Assembly: GCA_012959805.1 (NCBI GenBank)
Contig: DUCN01000057.1
Span: forward strand, 38,074-102,073
Length of the DNA stretch: 64,000 nt
Direction of reading: 5' to 3'
Origin: Myxococcales bacterium
Lineage (GTDB): Bacteria; Myxococcota_A; UBA9160; UBA4427
Part shown: piece after piece, positions 38,359 through 48,506 of the stretch
Numbering within the stretch: position 1 is the first letter of the stretch
How the letters are laid out: the number at the start of each line of letters is the position of its first letter
Made by a program: the position numbers and the translations under genes
Notes under the pieces: generated by a model
The model's input: only the letters and a program-made list of their open reading frames with translations
Told to the model about the DNA's origin: nothing
The model's database searches: none

Positions 38359-39117
38359 ATGGAACTACGACTCGACGGAAAAGTGGCGCTGGTGACCGGA
38401 GGCTCGCGGGGAATTGGCAAATCCATCGCGCAGACGTTCGTCGAAGCCGGCGCGCAGGTGATGATTACTTCCCGAAAGGCCGAGGCTTGCGAAGCCGCGG
38501 TGAAAGAAATCGGCGACGGGGCGCATTTCGAAGCCGGTCATATCGGAAAAGAAGAAGACACCGCTCGCGTGATCGAGGCCACTCTCGACCGGCTCGGCCG
38601 GATCGACATCCTGATCAACAACGCGGCGACGAATCCCTATGCCGGTCCGATCATTGCGATCGACCGCTCACGCTGGGACAAGACGTTCTCGACCAATCTA
38701 ACCGCACCACTCTTTTGGACACAAAAGGTCTGGGACGACTGGATGAAGGAAAACGGCGGCTCGGTCATCAACATCGCCAGCGTGGGCGGATTCGGAACCA
38801 GCCCGATCCTGGGCGTGTATGACATCACGAAGGCTGCCTTGATTCATGTGACGAAACAGTTGGCCGCAGAGCTTGCACCTAAGGTTCGCGTGAACGCGCT
38901 GGCGCCGGGGCTGGTCAAGACCGATTTTGCGAAGGCGCTCTGGGAAGATGGGAAGGGCGACGAGGTTGCAAAAGCCTATCCGCTCGAACGGCTGGGAGAG
39001 GTCGAGGACGTGGCCGCCGCGGCATTATTTCTGGCTGCCGAGAGCGGCCGATGGGTGACGGGTCAGACCTGGGTGCTCGATGGCGGCGGGATGATCGCTT
39101 ACAAGCCGACGACCTGA
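38359..39117 (+). CDS. Short-chain dehydrogenase/reductase
   Basis: TGGSRGIG, NNAATNP, YDITK, RVNALAPG, GQTWVLDGG. Confidence 0.95.
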   Translation: MELRLDGKVALVTGGSRGIGKSIAQTFVEAGAQVMITSRKAEACEAAVKEIGDGAHFEAGHIGKEEDTARVIEATLDRLGRIDILINNAATNPYAGPIIAIDRSRWDKTFSTNLTAPLFWTQKVWDDWMKENGGSVINIASVGGFGTSPILGVYDITKAALIHVTKQLAAELAPKVRVNALAPGLVKTDFAKALWEDGKGDEVAKAYPLERLGEVEDVAAAALFLAAESGRWVTGQTWVLDGGGMIAYKPTT

Positions 39118-39119
39118 GT

Positions 39120-39399
39120 TCACTTGCGGCCGGTGGATCGACGCGACCGAGGGGCAGGTGTTGCGCTGCTTTCTTGTACCGCGTGGCGTGACCATCTTGC
39201 CGGATTTTTGGTCGTGCATGATCAAAGGCTCATTGCCGACTCCGAAGACCCATGTGTCGCCCCATTCTCGAAGCGTCATCAGAATGGGCAGGAGGCCGAA
39301 GAAGGCATCGCGAATGATCAGCAGGGACCACCCATCGCCGAAGATGTCGAGACTTCGAGCGATTGCGCAATTCTGATCCCCAAAACGCTTGCGTCCCAT
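39120..39399 (-). pseudogene. HxlR-family wHTH regulator with the DNA-binding core deleted
   Basis: MGRKRFGDQNCAIARSLDIFGDGWSLLIIRDAFFG joins directly to LLPILMTLREWGDTW; the RF...LG...L..RL..L...G...Y.LT.KG segment is absent. 3' boundary approximate. Confidence 0.75.
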
Positions 39400-39520
39400 A
39401 TAGAGAGCCGAGCGAAGAAGCGCGAAGTATGGTTTGGTAAAGAGACTAAATGAACCAACTCGGCTTCGTGCCCTCAGACGCCCGAGACGAGGCCCAGCCC
39501 TACGCTCGAAGGAGAACTCT

Positions 39521-41793
39521 ATGAGCGAAGCGAATACTCGAGAGACTTCACCCTGGCAGCCCAGTGCTTGCATCCTCTGCGAGTGCAATTGTGGCATCGA
39601 AATTCAGTTGGGCGGCGAAGGCGATCGACGTCTGACTCGAGTCCGCGGTGACAAAGCCCATCCCGCCTCAGAGGGATATGCGTGCGAGAAACCATCTCGT
39701 TTGGATTTCTATCAGAACGATCCGGAGCGTCTAACCAAGCCGCTTCGAAGACGCGCCGACGGAACATTTGAGGAGATCGAGTGGGAAACCGCGATCCGAG
39801 AAGTGGCCGAACGCTTCCTCGCCATTCGCGAAGAACACGGTGGCGAGGCGATCTTCTACTACGGTGGCGGCGGACAGGGCAATCATCTGCCCGGGGCCTA
39901 TTCAACTTCACTGCGGTCCACTCTGGGTTCCCGCTATCGCTCAAATGCGCTGGCCCAGGAGAAGACCGGCGAGGCGTGGTCGCAACAAAAATGCTAGGTG
40001 CCTTTACCCGGGGCGATTTCGAAACCTGCGAGGTCGGTGTCTTCATCGGTAAGAATCCATGGTTTTCCCATGGCATTCCCCGCGCACGGGTCACGCTTCG
40101 CGAGCTTTCGAAGGACCCTGATCGCTGCATGATCGTGATTGATCCGAGGCGCAGCGAGACCGCGGATCTCGCTGACATTCATCTTCAGGTAAAGCCGGGC
40201 GGAGATGCGTGGCTGCTCTCGGCGATCTTTGCCGTCTTCGTTCAAGAGGGATTGTTGGCGGAGCAATGGCTAGCGGAGCACTCCGACGGCCTCGACGAAG
40301 TGCTTCCGCATTTCGAGTCACTGCCGATCGGACTCTATTGCGAAAAATCTGGTGTCGAAGAGGATCTCGTTCGCAAGGCGGCTCGCCGAATTGCCAGCGC
40401 CAAGAGCGCCGCGTTCTTCGAAGATCTTGGCGTGCAGATGAATCGGCATTCGACGTTGGTGAGTTATCTGCATCGACTGGTCGCCTACGGAACGGGCAAT
40501 TATGGGCGTGCGGGCTCGACCTACCCGGTGACCTCGCTGCAGTCGTTGCTGAGTGGCTCGGGGGCGTCCGAGGACTACCGAACGCCTGTGACTCAATCGA
40601 GAGTCATCATCGGACTCACACCCTGCAACGTCATTCCTGACGAGATCCTGACCGATCATCCAAAGCGATTCAGAGCCATGTTTGTCGAGGCAAATAATCC
40701 GGTCCATTCACTCGCCGACAGCCGGCGTATGAGAGAGGCCTTCGAGGCGCTCGATCTTGTCGTCGTCGTTGATGTAGCCATGACCGAGACGGCGATGGTG
40801 GCGGACTATGTCCTGCCGGTGGCCACACAATTCGAGAAGGCCGAGGCCACGTTTTTCAATTTCGAGTTTCCGAAGAATTACTTTCACTTGCGTCATGCGT
40901 TGCTCGAGCCGCCCGATGGACTCTTCTCCGAGGCCGAGCTTCACGCCCGGTTGGCCGAGGCCATGGGATCGATGCCGATGGCGGCGGTTGAGGCATTACG
41001 GGAGGCCTGGGATCTTGGGCGCCCAGAGTTCAGGGCCAAATTCTTCGAGTTGATGACGACGGATCCGAGCTTCGCCACGATGGCGCCGGTGGTTCTTTTT
41101 CGTGCAATTGGAGACAAGCTTCCCAAAGGCACCGCAGAGGGAGCCGTCACCTGGGCGCTCGCGCAAATGGCCGCGCAGAAGACGCCCGACTCGATCCGCC
41201 GTGCCGGAATCGGACAGGAAGAGGGCTCGGACCTCGGCGACGCGCTCTTCGACGCGATCATCGCGGGAAACCGCGGCGTAGTCTTCGCGGTCGACGAATG
41301 GAAGGATTGTGCCGACAAAATTGCCACGCCTAACGGCCGAATCCAGATGTCGGTTCCCGAACTCTTCGAGGAACTCGATGGATTGGCCACCGAAGCGCGG
41401 ATGCTAAAGGATCCAGAATACCCCTTCGTGCTCTCCGCGGGCGAAAGACGTTCGTTTACCGCGAACACGATCTTGCGCAATCCGGGCTGGCGAAAAAAGG
41501 ACGCTTCCGGCGCGCTTCGGATTAGTCCAGATGACGCCATTCGTCTCGGCCTCGACAACGGAGGCACGGCGCGGCTCACGACGCGAAGCGGCAGCGCGAA
41601 AGTCCAGATTGAAGTCTCGGACCGGATGCAGAACGGCCATATCTCCCTGCCCAATGGCACGGGACTTCGTCATCGCGATGCAAAGGATATCGGTGGGATC
41701 GCGCCCAACGAGCTGACGTCGACGGAGGATCGAGATCCCATTGCGGGAACGCCCTGGCACAAAAGCACGGCGGCTCGAATCGAAGTGATCTAG
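39521..41793 (+). pseudogene. Molybdopterin-dependent oxidoreductase split by a single-base frameshift at about 39978
   Basis: First frame: CILCECNCG...GDKAHP.S.GYACEK...ALAQEKTGEAW. Second frame resumes VATKMLG...GKNPW.SHG...IDPRRSETA...DVAMTETA..ADYVLP. One extra G (TGG-GTC) restores a continuous ORF. Confidence 0.8.
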
Positions 41794-41851
41794 CGGGCGT
41801 GCGCCACTGACCCCGTGCACGTTTTTTTCTCGACTTGTCGTTCGCGTCCGC

Positions 41852-42976
41852 TCACTCGAATGGCATCTCAAAGACGGGTTCCGGCGAGTCGGGCTCGATG
41901 ACTCGAATGATCGTGAGATCTCGTTCCCCGGAGCGTCCGATGTCGATGACGACGAAGCCGGGCGCAGCGTGGGCAAAGAGTGTCTCGGGAAGATCGGTCA
42001 CGGTCGAAACCCGTTCGACCGCACCCGCGCCGCTGACGATATAGAGCCCGGCGACATCTCCGGCTTCGAGAAGCTGGAGACTGTGGTCGTGCCCCGCAGC
42101 GTAGATCTCTGGAGGGTTTCGCCTCATGACCTCCTGGGTGCGCTCGATCCAGTCGGCATAGGTCGGTTCGTAGGTGTTGGCGAGTCCGCCAGCGATCCAC
42201 CCAAGTGGCGTCACGATCATGTCCACGAGAAAACCGTAGGTGAGCCCGCCGTGAGGTCCGCCCGTCAGCATGGGATAATGCGAGCTCAGGATGACGAAAT
42301 CCTCCGCGTGACGAGCGAGCTCGTGATCGAGCTGTTCTAGGAATTCGGCCTGAGTCTGAGGCCGAGGACAGTCCTTGCGGAGTCGAGTATTGATCCATGG
42401 AGTGGGATCGAGAGCAATGAAGACGACGGCGGCCTGGCTGGAGCTAGGATCCCAAAGCACACGTTTGTCGGGACCCATGCAGCCGTCCTTGGGAATGAAC
42501 TCGGCCTGGCCGTCGGACCATGTGTCGACGAAGGCCTGCTGATTGCGAATCGCCTCCGCATTCATTTTCTTCGGCCAGAGTCCCCAATCGTGATTGCCCG
42601 GGATGAAGATCTTCCTGGCCCGGGTCGCGGCGAGCTGATGGGAGAGAATATTCTCTCCGTGCTCCCGGTCTTCGCTTGTTAGGCCTTCGTTGTAGATGTT
42701 GTCCCCGAGAAAGAGAACGCTGCTGGATTCGACCTCTGTCGCCCATTGGTCGAGGGCTGCGAGAGTCGGGTCGTTTTCGAGGTAGTAGCCGGTGTCACCG
42801 ATCAATAGGACCCGGTGGTGAATCTCGAATCCCTCAATCTCTTGCTCGACGCCAGCGAGTCGTTCCGCGATCCAAGGCGGTTCCTCCGCGGTGTGGAGGG
42901 CGCCAGACAGGCGATGTGCGCATCCGGAGAGTGAGACGACGAGCAGACTGGAGAGCAGGAGGCCGCGGCAGAACAT
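41852..42976 (-). CDS. Calcineurin-like metallophosphoesterase, lipoprotein
   Basis: Lipobox LSGC; IGDTG, LGDNIY, PGNHDW, HYP, AGHDHSLQ. Confidence 0.9.
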   Translation of the reverse strand: MFCRGLLLSSLLVVSLSGCAHRLSGALHTAEEPPWIAERLAGVEQEIEGFEIHHRVLLIGDTGYYLENDPTLAALDQWATEVESSSVLFLGDNIYNEGLTSEDREHGENILSHQLAATRARKIFIPGNHDWGLWPKKMNAEAIRNQQAFVDTWSDGQAEFIPKDGCMGPDKRVLWDPSSSQAAVVFIALDPTPWINTRLRKDCPRPQTQAEFLEQLDHELARHAEDFVILSSHYPMLTGGPHGGLTYGFLVDMIVTPLGWIAGGLANTYEPTYADWIERTQEVMRRNPPEIYAAGHDHSLQLLEAGDVAGLYIVSGAGAVERVSTVTDLPETLFAHAAPGFVVIDIGRSGERDLTIIRVIEPDSPEPVFEMPFE

Positions 42977-43034
42977 GAATCATCCTCGATAGAGTGGAAT
43001 GAAAGACGGAGGCGCCCCGTCGTGACGGGCGGCT

Positions 43035-43340
43035 ATGACAATGGGGGACGGGAGAGGGAAGCGGAGAATCGCAAATCTGGACTCAAGACGACAGTCCCGA
43101 TGGGGCGTAGGGTTTGGTGGGACTTCGAGGCAGCGGCAGAGGGCGCTGGCTCGATTCACCCGAATCCTGACACCTGAAATATTGCACCGTGCGGCCGCGT
43201 TTGCGCGACGCCCCTTCGATCGAGCGGCACTCATTGCCCGTGCGCGTTTCCGGGGCATTCCAGTGGTGGATGTACCTGGCGGGGACGAGGGGCGACGTCT
43301 GATTGCCTATTTGCGCCGGCGGGGACGCTCGATCCGATGA
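43035..43340 (+). CDS. Possible small basic hypothetical protein
   Basis: Fills the gap divergent from the phosphoesterase; C-terminal half looks protein-like. Start uncertain. Confidence 0.3.
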   Translation: MTMGDGRGKRRIANLDSRRQSRWGVGFGGTSRQRQRALARFTRILTPEILHRAAAFARRPFDRAALIARARFRGIPVVDVPGGDEGRRLIAYLRRRGRSIR

Positions 43341-43472
43341 TGGTGAGTCTGCTTCGAGATTTATTGCGCACGGGGAGTCGCTTCGCGCGGTCAAGACTTT
43401 CCATTCGCAAAAGAGCAACGCGGTCGTTCCCCCGATTCAGCTCCTGCCACGAGCCGGCGCAAGAATAGATCA

Positions 43473-43757
43473 ATGCTGCTCGACCAACAGATCGTGGCCA
43501 TCGAAGCGGTCTTTGAAGCAGCGGCCATCCCCATTGCGTTCGGTGGGGCGCAGGCTCTCGCCTACTAGGGCGCGATTCGGGCGAGCCCCGAACTCGATCT
43601 GAACCTTTGCGTCGCAGCGAGTGAAGGCCAGCGCATTCTCGATGCACTCGACCAATTGGGTACCGCCGTTTCAACTTCTGGGCTGCTGGTCTTGATCGAG
43701 CGAGATGAGCAGGTTCGCGTCTTCAGGGATGGAACAGCGATCGGTCTCTTCGAGTAG
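43473..43757 (+). pseudogene. Degenerate nucleotidyltransferase (AbiEii/TA-toxin-like) remnant
   Basis: Manual translation: MLLDQQIVAIEAVFEAAAIPIAFGGAQALAY*GAIRASPELDLNL...ERDEQVRVFRDGTAIGLFE*. Pol-beta-like GGxAL...R.T.D.D motif is decayed; TAG at 43566-43568; C-terminal half missing. Confidence 0.6.
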
Positions 43758-43789
43758 ATCTCGCCCCCTGGATGCGAGAACCTCGCCAG

Positions 43790-43848
43790 CCGAGATCGGT
43801 GCCTTCTTCCGCCAAAACCAGGAAGATCCGTAGCTACTCGAAGTCCAT
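43790..43848 (-). pseudogene. LysR-family regulator N-terminal remnant
   Basis: AAGGAG RBS then ATG: MDFE*LRIFLVLAEEGT, matching LysR MD..QLR.F..vAEeGS; similarity ends after about 17 codons. Confidence 0.5.
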
Positions 43849-43939
43849 GCCCAGCTCCTTAGAGTTCGGGCGCAGTCGCGAGTTTTGCGGGTTGGGACGT
43901 TGGGGCGATGTCCGGTTCGTTTTGCCCAGCTTCAGCTCG

Positions 43940-45190
43940 TTAGTCGATGATCGCTGGATAGATGATCGACTTCAGCTGTCCGCGAAAATTGAAGACTCGC
44001 GATGGCATGAGCTGGGTCATGAAGATGGTGATGAGCTCTTCGCTGGGGTCGACCCAGAACGCCGTGCTCGCTGCTCCACCCCAAGCGAATTCGCCGGGGC
44101 TTCCCACGATTTGCGATTTGGCGGGATCGAGTTGGACCGAAAATCCAAGGCCGAAGCCCACACCCTCGTAGGTCGTTTCCGAAAACGCTCCCGTTGCCAG
44201 GTCTGTTAGGTCTTGCCCGTTGGGCAGATGATTGGATGTCATCAACTCGAGCGTCTTGCGTCCGAGGAGCCGATGTCCATTCAATTCTCCATGGCCCAAG
44301 AGCATTCGGCAAAATTGGAGATAGTCGGCGGCCGTCGACACCAGTCCTCCACCGCCCGAAAAGAACGACGTGGGCTGGGTATATACGCTGGTGGCGGGAT
44401 CATCCTCGAGGCGCGGTCGTTTATCTCGGCCACGCGTGTAGTTGGCGGCGAAGCGATTGATCTTATCCGCTGGTACGACAAAGCCGGTGTCGACCATTCC
44501 GAGTGGTTCAAAGATCTGCTCCTGAAAGTATGCATCCAGGGGCATACCGGAGATCAGCTCAATCAGATATCCGACGACGTCGCTTGCGACAGAGTAGTTC
44601 CAGGCTGTTCCTGGAGAGAACTCGAGTGGAACGCCAGCGAGTGTTTCGACCATCGAGCGCAGATCCTTCTGGCGGTCCCGGCCGATATCAAGCCTTCGAT
44701 AGGCACGATCAACATTAGTGCGCTCCATGAAATCGTAGGTCAGACCGGATGTATGGGTGAGAAGATCTCGGATCGTCATCGGCCTTTCACAGGGCGACGT
44801 CACCCAATTCGGATGATTGCCGAGCTGATAGACGCCGAGGTTCCGCCATTCCGGAATGAATTTATAGACGGGATCGTCGAGTTGGAAATGTCCGTGTTCG
44901 TAAAGCATCATGAGGGCCACGGACGTAATCGGCTTTGTCATGGAATAGATCCGAAAGATCGTGTCCGCGGTCATCGGCTTGCTCCGCTCGATGTCCATTT
45001 CACCGACAGCCGAGAGGTAAGCGACCTCGCCCTTGCGCGCCACGAGCGTGAGTGCTCCCGCTATTTTTCGAGGCGCGATGTAGCGCCTAGTCATATGCGC
45101 TTCGATTCGCGCGAGGCGTTCGCTGCAGAGTCCGACCGATTCGGGTCGGACGACGTGAATGGACTCCGCTGTTTCTGTCGCTTGGGTCAT
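43940..45190 (-). CDS. Serine hydrolase, beta-lactamase class C/esterase family
   Basis: FRIYSMTK (SxxK), LLTHTSG, PG..WNYS, PLGMVDTGF, GGGGLVST, WGGAAST. Confidence 0.93.
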   Translation of the reverse strand: MTQATETAESIHVVRPESVGLCSERLARIEAHMTRRYIAPRKIAGALTLVARKGEVAYLSAVGEMDIERSKPMTADTIFRIYSMTKPITSVALMMLYEHGHFQLDDPVYKFIPEWRNLGVYQLGNHPNWVTSPCERPMTIRDLLTHTSGLTYDFMERTNVDRAYRRLDIGRDRQKDLRSMVETLAGVPLEFSPGTAWNYSVASDVVGYLIELISGMPLDAYFQEQIFEPLGMVDTGFVVPADKINRFAANYTRGRDKRPRLEDDPATSVYTQPTSFFSGGGGLVSTAADYLQFCRMLLGHGELNGHRLLGRKTLELMTSNHLPNGQDLTDLATGAFSETTYEGVGFGLGFSVQLDPAKSQIVGSPGEFAWGGAASTAFWVDPSEELITIFMTQLMPSRVFNFRGQLKSIIYPAIID

Positions 45191-45310
45191 TTCGATTTCT
45201 CCGTGAGGAGAACTCTAACCAAGCGTCTTCCAGGCTGCCGTAGGCAAAATAGGCTCGATTCGATGGGCTAGGCTTTCCCTTCAGCGCATTTGGCGCAGTA
45301 AGGAGCGACC

Positions 45311-46162
45311 ATGCAGGATGGAAGCTTTACGGGCTTCGAAGTTGTCGTGCATCCGCCCGGCATCGCGGAGATCCGATTCAATCGTCCAGAGCGCCTCAAT
45401 GGAATGACGCACTCACTGAAGCGAGACTTGATCGAAACCCTCGTTCAGGTTCAGATGGATGATGGCGTTCGCGTCGTGCTCTTCACGGGAACCGGGCGCG
45501 CCTTCTCTGCCGGTGATGATCTCAAGGGCTATGTGACGGCCGAGGCGGAGGAGAATGCCCGAGTGCCACCGCTTCCGGCCGGGCACGCGACACCAATCGG
45601 AACTTACGACGGACTTCGAACGGTGTCGCAGCAGGTGAATCTGACGATCCGCAATCTGGATAAGTTGAGTGTGGCCGCGATTGGCGGTCTTGCGATTCAA
45701 ACCGGATTCTCGCTGACGCTGGCTTGCGATTTTCGGATCGCGAGTGAGTCGGCGCGAATGGGGAGTGCGACACTTCGTTTCGGACTCTTGCCGGACGAGG
45801 GCGGACAATTCCTGCTCGTCCAGCATCTCGGTGTGGCGAAAACCATGGATTTCTTGATGCGAAAGAAAATCATTGGGGCATCGGAAGCGTTGGAACTGGG
45901 TCTGGTTCATGAAGTCGTGCCCGATTCGGACTTGCCTGCTCGCGCGTTGGAACTCGCCATCGAGTTGGCAAACGGACCGCAGGTCTCTATGCGACTTCTC
46001 AAGCGCTCGATCTACAGCGCGGCGCAACTGACCTTCGAACAATCCCTCGACGAGATCGCTGCCAAAACGGCGATCAGCGATCATCATCCCGATGCGAAGG
46101 AGGGTGGCGCTGCCTTTCGTGAGAAACGCGAAGCCAAATTCAATCGTTGGCTCGATCGATAG
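45311..46162 (+). CDS. Enoyl-CoA hydratase/isomerase (crotonase superfamily)
   Basis: FNRPERLN, GRAFSAGDD, LACDFRIA, GLLPDEGG, EALELGLV, AFREKR. Confidence 0.92.
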   Translation: MQDGSFTGFEVVVHPPGIAEIRFNRPERLNGMTHSLKRDLIETLVQVQMDDGVRVVLFTGTGRAFSAGDDLKGYVTAEAEENARVPPLPAGHATPIGTYDGLRTVSQQVNLTIRNLDKLSVAAIGGLAIQTGFSLTLACDFRIASESARMGSATLRFGLLPDEGGQFLLVQHLGVAKTMDFLMRKKIIGASEALELGLVHEVVPDSDLPARALELAIELANGPQVSMRLLKRSIYSAAQLTFEQSLDEIAAKTAISDHHPDAKEGGAAFREKREAKFNRWLDR

Positions 46163-46211
46163 AGATCAGTTCGGACCGATCATCAACATTTCAAATCCAA
46201 AGGAGCCGATC

Positions 46212-47054
46212 ATGGCGGACCGAAGAAAAATCGAAACTGGAACAGAGGACTTGCTCGCTCATGTCGAAGACCGGATCGCCACGATCACGATGAATCGCCC
46301 GGCGCGGCGAAATGCCTTATCGAGCGCGATGCTGAAAGCGCTGGAGTCGGTGTTGGCGGAAGTTGAAGTCGCGACCGATGTGGGTTGTGTTGTCTTGACG
46401 GGGGCCGGCGGAGCTTTCTGTGCCGGTGGAGACGTGAAGGGAATGGCCGATGCCGGAGAAGCGGGCCGGGATAACCGACCAGGGATTTCCAGAGACGAGG
46501 CTATTCATCGTCAACGTCTTTCGCAGCGTGGAACGGCTGGCCGACTCTATTCAATGCCAAAGCCCACGATTGCATCGCTCCCTGGCGCGGCGGCTGGGGC
46601 AGGGTTCTCACTGGCGCTCGCCTGTGATCTTCGTATCGCGTCTGAGAATGCGATCATGACGACGGCCTTCGTAAAGGTCGGTTTTAGCGGCGACTATGGC
46701 GGAAGTTATTTCGTTACCAAATTGGTCGGCGGTGCAAAGGCGCGCGAACTCTATCTACTGTCGGATCGGATCGACGCGCTCGAGGCGGAGCGACTCGGCC
46801 TCATTAATCGTGTCGTGCCCGATGATGCGCTCGAAAAGGAAACGGCGGCCCTGGCACATAGACTCGCTCATGGCCCTTCCGTCGCGTACCGCTACGTCAA
46901 AGAGAATATCAATCGCTCCCTCGAAGGAGGGGGGCTCGGTGAGTGTCTGGATCTCGAAGCGACCCATCATCACCAAGCGGCTCTCACCCAAGACCACAAG
47001 AATGCAGTCAAGGCATTTGTCGAGAAGCGAAAGCCGGTCTTCGAGGGACGTTAG
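46212..47054 (+). CDS. Enoyl-CoA hydratase/isomerase (crotonase superfamily)
   Basis: MNRPARRNAL, AFCAGGDV, AAGAGFSLALACDLRIA, GFSGDYGG, AFVEKRKPVF.GR; AAGGAG RBS before ATG 46212. Confidence 0.93.
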   Translation: MADRRKIETGTEDLLAHVEDRIATITMNRPARRNALSSAMLKALESVLAEVEVATDVGCVVLTGAGGAFCAGGDVKGMADAGEAGRDNRPGISRDEAIHRQRLSQRGTAGRLYSMPKPTIASLPGAAAGAGFSLALACDLRIASENAIMTTAFVKVGFSGDYGGSYFVTKLVGGAKARELYLLSDRIDALEAERLGLINRVVPDDALEKETAALAHRLAHGPSVAYRYVKENINRSLEGGGLGECLDLEATHHHQAALTQDHKNAVKAFVEKRKPVFEGR

Positions 47055-47668
47055 GCCTTTGCGCTGGGCCGGCCCGACACGGACTGGTACCAGCGATCGA
47101 GATGCTTTTGTTCCGTCGAATGGGGCAAGTGATTCAGCTTGGCCGCAAAATCGATCGTACAAAGCGCGACAATGTCCGCGATGGAGAAGGGCTGCCCAGC
47201 CAGGTATTCGTGATTCTCGAGATGTCGATCGAGGAATTTGTAGTAGCCCTCGACGACGTCTCGATTTTGTTCAGCCATCTCGGGAATCTGCTTTTTCATG
47301 ACCGCCTTGGTGAGAGGCGATCCGTGGACCCAGACCATGCCGACGGGCATCATCAGATTCAGTTCGATTCGTCGGGTCCACATCTCGACGCGGGCTTGTT
47401 CCCGCGCGCCGCTTCCGAAGAGCGGCGGTTCGGGATTCTGGGTTTCGAAGTAACGGCAGATGGCGATGGATTCGGCGATGTGGCTGCCATCGTCGAGCTC
47501 GAGGACCGGAATTCCACCGGTCACGTTCACACGGCTCATGAATTCAGGCGTGCGATTCGCACGCTTCATGATGTCCACCTCTTCGAAGGGGATTTCAATG
47601 CCTTTTTCGGCCAGATAGATGTGCACGCGTCGAGGATTGGGTGCGCTGGAGAAAGTATATAGCTTCAT
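47051..47668 (-). CDS. Glutathione S-transferase
   Basis: APNPRRV.IYLAEKG, IPVLELDDG..IAES.AICRY, FSIADI. Confidence 0.93.
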   Translation of the reverse strand: MKLYTFSSAPNPRRVHIYLAEKGIEIPFEEVDIMKRANRTPEFMSRVNVTGGIPVLELDDGSHIAESIAICRYFETQNPEPPLFGSGAREQARVEMWTRRIELNLMMPVGMVWVHGSPLTKAVMKKQIPEMAEQNRDVVEGYYKFLDRHLENHEYLAGQPFSIADIVALCTIDFAAKLNHLPHSTEQKHLDRWYQSVSGRPSAKA

Positions 47669-47749
47669 GCCCGCATCCTAGCGCAGCTAAATCACACGCT
47701 GCTGGACAAATCGGCGGCACGCGAATCGATCTGCGCGCGAATTTCCGAG

Positions 47750-48329
47750 CCGTGGTTTCGTTCCCTGCGACCAGGAGCAAGACGGCAATCGAAACCAGTT
47801 CATCGCTGTCGAGGCGTTTGCCTTCTTCTTCGGCCTGCACCAGCGATGTCATCACATTGGGAATCCGGTTCATTGCGACGTTCAACAATCCCTCAATCGG
47901 TGGACGCATCCGCGCGATCGCACGGTGTGTAAAGGCCTTTGCCGCGAGGGAACGCAATCGCGTGTGATTGGGCTCGTCTTCCCGAAGCACTGTGGCAAGC
48001 CCACTTTCGTAGCTCGACGGGATGCCCGCTCGGCGACTGCGCGCTTCAATCTTTGGCCAACGCCGCAACTTTCTGTCTTCGCAGCCAAATGCACGGCCCG
48101 TGAGGACCGCCTCAACATCGTCATAGCGAGACAAGGTCCAGCCATCGGCGAGGTACGATCGATGCATCGGCGCGTACTCGCGAAGCGCACGGTAGATCGG
48201 ATAGGGATCGCTCCGGAGTGCCGCGTGCATGGGATTGAAAGTCGTCCTGGACGTGAGCTTCTCCCGCAGGATGGAAGTCAGTGCCTCGACTGAGAAAGCC
48301 ATGTCATCGATCTTTGATCGCCAATTCAT
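47750..48329 (-). pseudogene. Cytochrome P450 remnant (internal deletion and 3' truncation)
   Basis: DPYPIYRALR, SRYDDV, D.PNHTRLRSL..KAFT then jumps to ..L..DELVS..VLLLVAGNETT (I helix); no ExxR and no heme-binding FxxGxxxC. Confidence 0.85.
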
Positions 48330-48506
48330 TCGGTTGCCCCCCGTTATGCCGAAAGTTTTCGGGCATGTGAAACGACAACCACAAAAGCAAGTCTTGTGCC
48401 GACGTGACGACGACTGTGTTGGGCCAACCGGTCGCATCTGCAGACTGAGCGCGACACAAGAGGGAGACGACTGCAGTTGGGTTACTGCGTTTCGCGGCGT
48501 ACAGCA

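Noticed and set aside
39981-39997. Programmed ribosomal frameshift at CAACAAAAATG
   Set aside because: The frames join best upstream of the A-run, at TGG/GTC. There is no canonical slippery heptamer, and a 1-bp deletion is simpler.
43940-45190. Antibiotic-resistance beta-lactamases (also the MBL-fold gene at 26093-27031)
   Set aside because: Neither has a signal peptide. Motifs and context fit a family VIII esterase and a cyclase-like MBL hydrolase rather than resistance enzymes.
44213-45271. 352-aa plus-strand ORF, and similar long ORFs at 1277-2113, 4880-5803 and 59933-60781
   Set aside because: These are antisense shadows of well-supported genes, common in GC-rich DNA, with no recognisable motifs.
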